The notes under the pieces are model-generated. The model saw nothing but the letters and a program-made list of their open reading frames with translations. It had not been told where the DNA came from and searched no databases. Below are positions 18,377 to 26,190 of a stretch of DNA of 64,000 nucleotides, in pieces. Made by a program: the position numbers and the translations under genes. Source of the DNA: a virus (lineage: Duplodnaviria; Caudoviricetes); the IMG/VR virus record IMGVR_UViG_3300029288_004137, positions 64,001 through 128,000 of that record; one strand, 5' to 3'. How positions within the stretch are numbered: position 1 is the stretch's first letter; each line of letters opens with the position of its first letter.

Positions 18377-18685
18377 ATGAATAACAATAAATTAGAATAT
18401 CATGAAAATCTTGGATTTTTCATAGATATAACAGATCAGTATAAAAATCTTCCAACAGAAAAAATAAAACAAATATGTGAAAATATGTATTGTACTGAAA
18501 ATACTCTCTATAAAAAATTTTCTGCCCCATATAAAAACAATATGCTTAACTATTTTTTTATATGTCAGCAAAATCAATGTTCTTTGGGAGATAAACATAA
18601 CAGACTTATTTATAGTTTTGATTTTAACAAAATCGTATGTATGCATTTACATTTAAAAACTTCTAAAATTACTTATATAAAATGA
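18377..18685 (+). CDS. Array family B protein
   Basis: Family B motif set. Confidence 0.8.
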   Translation: MNNNKLEYHENLGFFIDITDQYKNLPTEKIKQICENMYCTENTLYKKFSAPYKNNMLNYFFICQQNQCSLGDKHNRLIYSFDFNKIVCMHLHLKTSKITYIK

Positions 18686-18990
18686 ATAACAATAAATTAG
18701 AATATCACAAAAAATTTGGATTTTTTATAGATATAACAAATCAGTATAAAAATCTTCCAATAAAAAAAATAAAAAAAATATGTGAAAAAGAGTATTTTTC
18801 TGATTATAAACCCTGTATAACAGATTTTTCTGATTCACACGATATATTTAACTATTTTTTTGTTTGTATATGTCAAGAACAATGTTCCTTGGGAGATAAA
18901 TATAACAGACTTATTTATAGTTTTAATTTTAACAAAATCATATGTATACGTTTTGATAAAACTGACAAAGAATCAGATATAAATGAATAA
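18682..18990 (+). CDS. Array family B protein
   Basis: Family B motif set. Confidence 0.8.
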   Translation: MNNNKLEYHKKFGFFIDITNQYKNLPIKKIKKICEKEYFSDYKPCITDFSDSHDIFNYFFVCICQEQCSLGDKYNRLIYSFNFNKIICIRFDKTDKESDINE

Positions 18991-19273
18991 CAATAAATTA
19001 GAATATTATGAAAATCTTGGATTTGTTATAGATATAACAGATCAATATAAAGATCTTTCATTAAAAAAAATAAAAAGAATATGTGATAATCAGTATTATA
19101 CTAACTCAATCAGTTTATCAGGTTTTTTCTTTAAATGTTGTGATACATATTGTTCTTTGGATAATGGACATAATAAACTTGTTTATAGTTTTGATTTTGG
19201 CAAAATCATATGTGTAAATTTATTTGTTTTGCATTCAGAAATTTTTGGATTTGATAAATATGAAAAAAATTAA
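18983..19273 (+). CDS. Array family B protein
   Basis: Family B motif set. Confidence 0.8.
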   Translation: MNNNKLEYYENLGFVIDITDQYKDLSLKKIKRICDNQYYTNSISLSGFFFKCCDTYCSLDNGHNKLVYSFDFGKIICVNLFVLHSEIFGFDKYEKN

Positions 19274-19568
19274 CAATAAATTAGAATATTATAATCATCT
19301 AGGTTTTTTTATAGATATAACAGATCAATATAAAAATCTTCCAATAGAAGAATTAAACAAAATATGTAAAAAACAATATTTACACGATATTATGATACGT
19401 ACATATGATTCTAAATATACTTTTTCTTTTTGCCATTGCATAGCATGTTGTTTAGTTTCTAAGAAATATAAACTTGGTTATAGTTTTACTCTTAAAGATT
19501 TTATATGCCTTACATTAGAAGAATCTTTAAATACAAATATTAAAAAAGGAAACAAGAATGAATTTTAA
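19260..19568 (+). CDS. Array family B protein (start adjusted to MKKINNKLEY)
   Basis: Family B motif set. Confidence 0.75.
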   Translation: MKKINNKLEYYNHLGFFIDITDQYKNLPIEELNKICKKQYLHDIMIRTYDSKYTFSFCHCIACCLVSKKYKLGYSFTLKDFICLTLEESLNTNIKKGNKNEF

Positions 19569-19797
19569 TTTTAAACTTAAAAAAGGAGAATTGTATTTCG
19601 ATCATAATGTTATGGAATTCTGTATCATTCTTGATGTTTGTACTAAAAATGAACATTCAACTTCTTATTTATATTGCAAACATTGTGGTTATAATTTGTA
19701 CCCATGTAAAAATGAATTTTTTTATTTAGTATATTATTTTAGAAAAAAAATTCATTTTATTCACACTATACATGTCTTTCTAAGGAATATATTATAA
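19558..19797 (+). CDS. Array family C protein
   Basis: LKKGELYFD..ILDVCTK..CKHC. Confidence 0.75.
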   Translation: MNFNFKLKKGELYFDHNVMEFCIILDVCTKNEHSTSYLYCKHCGYNLYPCKNEFFYLVYYFRKKIHFIHTIHVFLRNIL

Positions 19798-19831
19798 ATA
19801 ATGAACTTTTTCAAAATAAGGGTAAAAATCA

Positions 19832-20062
19832 ATGAAAACAATAAAATTTAAAAAAGGTTCTTTACATTTTGATAAATTTTTTAAACATTTTTTTCTAATA
19901 ATAGATATTTGTACTCCTGATCATCCATTAACAAATAAATATCAATATTGTAAAAATTGTGATACTACTTATTTTCCTTCTTTTAAAGGGAAAAAATATT
20001 TAAGATATACTTTTATTAGAAAAAATTATGGTTGTGTTTGTGGTGGCGACAATGAATCTTAA
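19832..20062 (+). CDS. Array family C protein
   Basis: Family C motif set. Confidence 0.75.
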   Translation: MKTIKFKKGSLHFDKFFKHFFLIIDICTPDHPLTNKYQYCKNCDTTYFPSFKGKKYLRYTFIRKNYGCVCGGDNES

Positions 20063-20318
20063 AAAAGGAAATCTATATAAAGATGATTTAGGTTTTTTTA
20101 TAATAGTAGATGTTTGTACTAAAAATAAACGATTAAATTATAAACACTGTAAACATTGTGGTAATAATGGTATATATCCTAAACCAGCTTTTTTTAAAGA
20201 AAATGAAACAGTTTATTTAATTTATTCATTTTATAAAGATATATCATATTTTTGGTGTGATTCAGAACAAAATTTATTAACATTGGATCTTATAACAAAT
20301 GAAAACAATGAATCTTAA
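20052..20318 (+). CDS. Array family C protein (start adjusted to MNLKKG)
   Basis: Family C motif set. Confidence 0.75.
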   Translation: MNLKKGNLYKDDLGFFIIVDVCTKNKRLNYKHCKHCGNNGIYPKPAFFKENETVYLIYSFYKDISYFWCDSEQNLLTLDLITNENNES

Positions 20319-20574
20319 AAAAGGAGAATTGTATTTAGATGATTTAGGTTTTTTTATAATGGTAGATATTTGTACTAAAAATAAACCATTATATGAATTA
20401 TATAAACATTTACACTGTAAATATTGTTATCGAAGAAAAGATGATTCTTTTTATAAAGATATAACAATGTATTTGATATATTCTTTTAAAAAAAATATGT
20501 TAAATTCTCATTATTCTTGTATCACAAAAGGAGCAACAATTAATGTCAAAAACAATAGAAACAATAAATCTTAA
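20299..20574 (+). CDS. Array family C protein
   Basis: Family C motif set. Confidence 0.8.
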   Translation: MKTMNLKKGELYLDDLGFFIMVDICTKNKPLYELYKHLHCKYCYRRKDDSFYKDITMYLIYSFKKNMLNSHYSCITKGATINVKNNRNNKS

Positions 20575-20842
20575 AAAAGGAAATCTATATAAAGACGGTT
20601 TAGGTTTTTTTATAATAGTAGATATTTGTACTAAAGACAAACCATTAGATGAATCATATAAATATTTACACTGTAAAACCTGTTATCGAAAAAATAATTC
20701 TTTTTATGAAAATGTAACAATGTATTTGATATATTCTTTTAAGGAAAATATGTTAAATACTCATTATTCTTGTTCCTCAGAAGAATCAATAATAATGTCA
20801 TCTCTCTTTTATAAGAGAGTCTCTTTTATAAGAAAAAAATGA
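20543..20842 (+). CDS. Array family C protein
   Basis: Family C motif set; close paralog of the preceding gene. Confidence 0.8.
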   Translation: MSKTIETINLKKGNLYKDGLGFFIIVDICTKDKPLDESYKYLHCKTCYRKNNSFYENVTMYLIYSFKENMLNTHYSCSSEESIIMSSLFYKRVSFIRKK

Positions 20843-21090
20843 AAAATGAATTAGAATTAGGATTAAAATATAATCTAGCAGATGGATTTTATTTAATATT
20901 AAATAATTGTAGTTTTAATTTAAAAGAGAGACAATACAATATGAACAAATACAAATTTTGCAAGCATAAATGTAGATTTAACAAACTTTATAAAGAATAT
21001 CCTACTTGTTTTGAAGGTGGTGAATTTAATTTAATTTATGTTTTCAATGATAAACAATTATATTGTGTAAAAAGAGATATTTATTTTTAA
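20839..21090 (+). CDS. Array family C-like protein (divergent)
   Basis: GFYLILNNC..CKHKC..LIYVF..C. Confidence 0.65.
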   Translation: MKNELELGLKYNLADGFYLILNNCSFNLKERQYNMNKYKFCKHKCRFNKLYKEYPTCFEGGEFNLIYVFNDKQLYCVKRDIYF

Positions 21091-21854
21091 TTATAAATTC
21101 TTGAAAACAGATTCTTTGAAGATTTTAATAATTTTTTATTTGATATTTTTAAATGTAATAACTTTAAAATACTTTCATAATTCAAAGTTAATTTGATATA
21201 ATCACCAACATTTTTTGTTGTTCTATACGAACGATTTAAATGATCTGAAGATGATAAACCTTTCTTTGTTGTTTTTAAAGCACAATCATCTTCTTCTGGA
21301 ATAGTTCTTGAACCAAATGGATCATCAAAAAAACCATCAAAATTATGAGGTTTCTTATCATTTATATCATCAATCTTAGGTGGAAAAGATTCCCAAGAAG
21401 AATCTTTATTTATTGATAACCAAACATTTTCAGCTTCTTCTGTAGTGCTTTCTCTATCAGCACATATTCCTGCTTCTTTATTACCATCGTTTTGACATAT
21501 CCATGCTGATGCTAATCCATAAAGAAGTTTTCCAATTCCTTGCCCTTTATATTGATCTCTCAAGAAAGACATATGAATTTGATAAGCACCATAACAAAGT
21601 CCGCCTGTATTTAATTTCTTGCTTTCTTGACATTTTTGCATAGAAATAGCACCAATAATCGCCTTAACCAATATTTCTTCATTTAAATCTTTTGAATAGT
21701 TTTTTAATATTTTATTATCAAAAAGAATAAGACGAATCATATGAAAATTATTACTCATTTCTTGTGCTACTGCCAAAGAAATATTAAGAAAATTTTCAGT
21801 ATCAATTGTACTTTCTTTTAAAAATTCTTTCCAATTATTAACAAATGTATTCAT
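21087..21854 (-). CDS. GNAT-like acetyltransferase paralog
   Basis: YKGQGIGKLLY acetyl-CoA loop, ADR.STT..AE.VW. Confidence 0.7.
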   Translation of the reverse strand: MNTFVNNWKEFLKESTIDTENFLNISLAVAQEMSNNFHMIRLILFDNKILKNYSKDLNEEILVKAIIGAISMQKCQESKKLNTGGLCYGAYQIHMSFLRDQYKGQGIGKLLYGLASAWICQNDGNKEAGICADRESTTEEAENVWLSINKDSSWESFPPKIDDINDKKPHNFDGFFDDPFGSRTIPEEDDCALKTTKKGLSSSDHLNRSYRTTKNVGDYIKLTLNYESILKLLHLKISNKKLLKSSKNLFSRIYN

Positions 21855-21857
21855 GAT

Positions 21858-22775
21858 CTATTGATTATTTCTTCCATAAAGTCTAGTGAAAAAAGAATTA
21901 AAGATTCTTTCAAAGAATTTTGATATAAATGGTAAATCATTTGTCATCATAAAAAATTTACCTACATGATTATGATTTTCTATAACTTTATCAAAATTCT
22001 TTGTATATTCATTATAATTTTTTACAAACTCATATGTATTAAAAGAACGGTTTAAATGATCACTATTATCTAAAGATAATTTTGTTTTCTTTAAACGGCA
22101 ATTATCTTCTTTTGGAGTTGTTCTTTCGTTTTTTATATTATCAAAAGTACCATCAAAATAATCTTTCTTTTTGTTATTTGGTTGTTCTTCTTTATCTGTT
22201 TTTTCTTGATTTGGTTCTTCATCTGGTATTTGATTTTCCCAAGAAGGATTATTATTTATCGATAACCAAACTCTTTCTGCTGCTGGTGATGTCGTTGCTC
22301 TATCAGCGCATATTCCAACATTAGGATTATTATCATTCATATAAGCATGTGATGCTGCTAAACCATATAATAGTTTTCCATACCCTTTGCCTTGATATTC
22401 TTCACTTACTGCTGACATTTTAACTTCATAAGAACCAAAACATTCTCCATTCCCATTCTCTTCTGTTTTAATTATAGAAATTACACCAACAATACAATCA
22501 CGAAATCCAGATTTAAATGAATTAATAAAATTATTTTCCTTCCCATCATCATAAAATAATTGTTTTATTTCTAAATTTGAATTGTTTAATTCTTTCTTAT
22601 AGTGAGAACTTAAATAAGTTAAAGTTTCACTTAGTTTTGTTAAGTCTAAAAGAAATATATTATCTCCATCTCCATTAAATCCTTCAATAACAAACACACC
22701 AAAAAACAATGAATTAACGTTTTTTTCTTCTTTTAATAATGTTTTTCTTTTAAAATTTATCCATTTTTTATTCAT
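21858..22775 (-). CDS. GNAT-like acetyltransferase paralog
   Basis: SAVSEEYQGKGYGKLLY. Confidence 0.75.
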   Translation of the reverse strand: MNKKWINFKRKTLLKEEKNVNSLFFGVFVIEGFNGDGDNIFLLDLTKLSETLTYLSSHYKKELNNSNLEIKQLFYDDGKENNFINSFKSGFRDCIVGVISIIKTEENGNGECFGSYEVKMSAVSEEYQGKGYGKLLYGLAASHAYMNDNNPNVGICADRATTSPAAERVWLSINNNPSWENQIPDEEPNQEKTDKEEQPNNKKKDYFDGTFDNIKNERTTPKEDNCRLKKTKLSLDNSDHLNRSFNTYEFVKNYNEYTKNFDKVIENHNHVGKFFMMTNDLPFISKFFERIFNSFFTRLYGRNNQ

Positions 22776-23851
22776 GATGTGTGATGAATACCTCGAAAAA
22801 ATGTTTGAAGTTTATTAGTAATTAAATCTTGATCTCCTCCGAAAATAACATCAATAAAAGGTTTAATTCTTTTTAAATTAATTATAACCTCTCTGAATTC
22901 ATCTGTTTTATTAGATGAAGCAACAATATTTAAATGTTTATCATCATCAAAATATTTACTTTCCTTTCTTTTGCAATCATCATCATATGGATCTGTTTTA
23001 GGATCATAAACATCATCAAATTCTCCGATATAAGGTTCTATTTCAGAAATTTGATTAGACCAATTCCCATCTTCTTTTTCTGTTTCATTTTTAATACTTT
23101 TCCACACTCTTTCTGCTGCTGCTGACACACTACGCCTATCACAAGTAATACCTTGATTTGAAGATATTGAAGCCATTGCATAAAGAAATTTTCCATATCC
23201 TTTACCTTGATATTTTTCATCTATCGCTGAATATGCTACTTCACTTGCATCATAACAATCACCATCACTTCTAGGTTCAATATAATTTATAAATCCTATT
23301 AAAAAATTTTCAATTTCTGTTATATGGTATAATTCATAATTTAAATCTCTAATTTGTTTTTTATTAACAAACCATTCTTTTTCTTCATCATCTTCTTCTT
23401 CATCATCTTCATCATCTTCATCGTATTCTTCATCTTCCATTTCAGTGCCATTTACGTATAAATTATAGAAGTCTCCTTCATTTCCATTTAATATAGCATC
23501 CATCCATTCCATTACTTCTTCATTTGTCACTTCATCTATCATTTCTTCTATATGCTTTTCAGAATCAGAATGATGAAATGAAAAAGAAAATTGATTTTTT
23601 GGATCATATAATGCTATTTTTTTATTTCTGTTTCTTGCTGCAATATATTTTTTATATGTTTGAATAATCTTTTCTTCAAATGTCTTTATATTTATCAATA
23701 ATACAAAAACACCATCTGAATAATGATTAAATATATATAATCCTAAATCTTTTTTTGATATTGATTCTGAAGATCTTTCTTCATTTAATTTAAATTTATT
23801 CCATTGTTCATTCTTAATCATCATAATATATATCCCAAAAGAAATTATCAA
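22772..23851 (-). CDS. GNAT-like acetyltransferase paralog with acidic insert
   Basis: SAIDEKYQGKGYGKFLY. Confidence 0.75.
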   Translation of the reverse strand: MIISFGIYIMMIKNEQWNKFKLNEERSSESISKKDLGLYIFNHYSDGVFVLLINIKTFEEKIIQTYKKYIAARNRNKKIALYDPKNQFSFSFHHSDSEKHIEEMIDEVTNEEVMEWMDAILNGNEGDFYNLYVNGTEMEDEEYDEDDEDDEEEDDEEKEWFVNKKQIRDLNYELYHITEIENFLIGFINYIEPRSDGDCYDASEVAYSAIDEKYQGKGYGKFLYAMASISSNQGITCDRRSVSAAAERVWKSIKNETEKEDGNWSNQISEIEPYIGEFDDVYDPKTDPYDDDCKRKESKYFDDDKHLNIVASSNKTDEFREVIINLKRIKPFIDVIFGGDQDLITNKLQTFFRGIHHTS

Positions 23852-24554
23852 TCATAGTTATTAATCCTTTTTTTATTGAATCTTTTATTCCAAGTTTAAC
23901 ATAATTGCTTCTTAATTCATTAAATTCATTAACAAATTTATCTGAGGAGTATACTTGATTCAAATGTTCTGGGTTTAATTTATCTGAATAAAGTCTACTA
24001 TATTTTTTTATTTTACAATCATCTTTTTCGGGTCTAGTTTTAGGAGCATTTATATCATCAAACTTTCCGATATAAAACCCTTTTTTGGGTATTACAGGTT
24101 CCCAATCTTCGTTATGATCAATACTATCCCATACTCTTTCAGCTTTTTCCGATGTAGTAGATCTATCCGCCGTAATTCCTGTAGCACATTTACTTATACT
24201 TATATATGCTGCTAACAATCCATATATTAATTTTCCATATCCTTTACCTTGATATTTTTCATCTACCGCTGAATTTGATACTTCCATACTATCAAAACAT
24301 CTTCCATCTTCATAAGCAGTAGTTTTAGAAGCAATAATCATTCCAATTATAAAATCCACATGTTTTTCTTCATCAAAATCATTATCAGTAAAATTTTGTG
24401 CTGCTTTTATAAATTTTTTTAATTTTATAGTATTTAATAAAGATATTGTTACTTCTCCATCATTATCTTTATAAAAATATAAACACAAATTGTTTAAATT
24501 ACCAAAAGATTCATTTATAACAAATTTATTCCAACATTTTAAAAACCTTGTCAT
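23814..24554 (-). CDS. GNAT-like acetyltransferase paralog
   Basis: SAVDEKYQGKGYGKLIY. Confidence 0.75.
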   Translation of the reverse strand: MTRFLKCWNKFVINESFGNLNNLCLYFYKDNDGEVTISLLNTIKLKKFIKAAQNFTDNDFDEEKHVDFIIGMIIASKTTAYEDGRCFDSMEVSNSAVDEKYQGKGYGKLIYGLLAAYISISKCATGITADRSTTSEKAERVWDSIDHNEDWEPVIPKKGFYIGKFDDINAPKTRPEKDDCKIKKYSRLYSDKLNPEHLNQVYSSDKFVNEFNELRSNYVKLGIKDSIKKGLITMIDNFFWDIYYDD

Positions 24555-24557
24555 TTT

Positions 24558-25535
24558 TTATCTCTCAATTTGTGTTGGTTCTTCCATTTTTTTTACAACA
24601 CCACGATGTAATTTTGAATCATCTTTTTCAAGACCTGAAGCAATCCTAAATAATTTTTTTGAATATCTTCTAAATTTATCATTATTAACTTCTTTTTCAG
24701 AATTCTCTAATGTATATTCATCAATCTTATCATATGCTTTTTTTAATGTTTGTCGTATCACATCTTGCAATCTGTTTCTCATATCTTCATTTTTTTCATC
24801 CATTAAATCTTTTAAAAGTTCTTTTATTTGTATAATTTCTCTTTTTAATTTTCTATTAACAAGATCTTTTGGATAATCAATAAAATCTTCTTCTTCTTGT
24901 TGTTCTTTGGAAGAAAGTTCTCCTTCTCCCTCTTTACCTGAAGAATAAAAATCTGATTTTTCAGACATAGTTAATTTTGCTTTAATAGCATTAAGCATAT
25001 CTTTAAACCAATTTCCTTCTTTCTTTCCAAAAGCATATGCTTCTGTAGCTTCCCATAGTTTTTTTGACCATTCTTCAATTACTGAATGAAAATTGCTAGA
25101 ATTATTCATTCTTTCTTTTATTGAAGAAAGATTTTCCTCAAAATAATCTTGAAACATCTCAATAAAATCAATTTTTAAAGAATTATAATTTGATTCTAAT
25201 TTCTTCTTTTCTAAATTATCTTTTGACTTAACAAAAGAATCTCTATATTTTTTAAATTGATTTTTATATTTGTTTAACATTAAAACATAAATCTTATTTA
25301 AAACCTTTTGTTCCTTCTTGTTTAATTGTGGCAATAAAGCATTACTTGGCATTTCTTTTATTGAATTTGGATTTTTTTGAGAAATATTTTCTGCTTTTTT
25401 TATTCTGTCAGAATCTTTTTCTTTAATATCTTCCATTACCAATTTTGCTATTTTATTAATTTCAGATTTATTTATCAATATTTGTCTCCAAAAAAGAAAA
25501 AGATTTCCAAACAGTTTTCCATTTTTTGTTTTCAT
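24558..25535 (-). CDS. Helical hypothetical protein (start uncertain)
   Basis: Long charged ORF within the operon. Confidence 0.6.
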   Translation of the reverse strand: MKTKNGKLFGNLFLFWRQILINKSEINKIAKLVMEDIKEKDSDRIKKAENISQKNPNSIKEMPSNALLPQLNKKEQKVLNKIYVLMLNKYKNQFKKYRDSFVKSKDNLEKKKLESNYNSLKIDFIEMFQDYFEENLSSIKERMNNSSNFHSVIEEWSKKLWEATEAYAFGKKEGNWFKDMLNAIKAKLTMSEKSDFYSSGKEGEGELSSKEQQEEEDFIDYPKDLVNRKLKREIIQIKELLKDLMDEKNEDMRNRLQDVIRQTLKKAYDKIDEYTLENSEKEVNNDKFRRYSKKLFRIASGLEKDDSKLHRGVVKKMEEPTQIER

Positions 25536-26190
25536 TCATTGCTAATTTTAATTTTGGATATCTTTTGTTATTTTTTTTTGCATAATTAATCCAAATATTT
25601 GATATTTTTTTTATTTGTTTATCATTTAAATCCTCTGGGTTATATTCTTCTAAAAAATCTAACACAACTTCATCAAATGCTTGCTTTGTCTTTTTTGCAT
25701 AAACATAAAATCCTCTAACAAAAGCAGGCACTTCATATTGATCTACAAAATATCTATAATAATTAATTGTTCCATTTGGATTATAATAATCATGATTTGA
25801 TTTGTCTATATCTCTTGTTACACCATGTTCCATTTCATGTGCTGTTATTTCTTGTAGATTATGATAAAGTTTATTCAAAAATTTCATAATATTATCTGGA
25901 TTGTATTCTATACGATACTCAATTTCAATATCTACTACTACAAATTTATCTTCTTCATCTTCATTTCTATCTGTATTAGCTCTTATATCAAATGGTTTAT
26001 AATCACTATCTAAGTTAAAATTTTTAATATAATCAACTGATATAGATATTATATTTTCTGAGAAATGCTTTTCAAAAGAAAACATTTCTTGTTCTTTATC
26101 AGAATTATTAAATTCTTTTAAGTAAGATATAATTTCTCTACAGATTTCTCTTTCTATTTGTCTTTTTCCTTCATTTAATTGATATATCAT
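25468..26190 (-). CDS. Putative HExxH metallopeptidase
   Basis: AHEMEH...EVPAF. Confidence 0.55.
   Translation of the reverse strand: MIYQLNEGKRQIEREICREIISYLKEFNNSDKEQEMFSFEKHFSENIISISVDYIKNFNLDSDYKPFDIRANTDRNEDEEDKFVVVDIEIEYRIEYNPDNIMKFLNKLYHNLQEITAHEMEHGVTRDIDKSNHDYYNPNGTINYYRYFVDQYEVPAFVRGFYVYAKKTKQAFDEVVLDFLEEYNPEDLNDKQIKKISNIWINYAKKNNKRYPKLKLAMNENKKWKTVWKSFSFLETNIDK

Larger units (their letters stand above)
14171..21090 (+). repeat. Tandem array of 26 small Cys-rich paralogous genes (families A, B, C)
   Basis: Recurring DNA blocks such as ttggataacatt(t)aaatgatattaactgg and cttgaaatagataaaaattggttt; abutting or overlapping ORFs. Confidence 0.92.

Noticed and set aside
14171-21090. Diversity-generating retroelement or integron
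   Set aside because: No reverse transcriptase or tyrosine integrase in the window, variation is not adenine-specific, and no attC-like hairpins were seen
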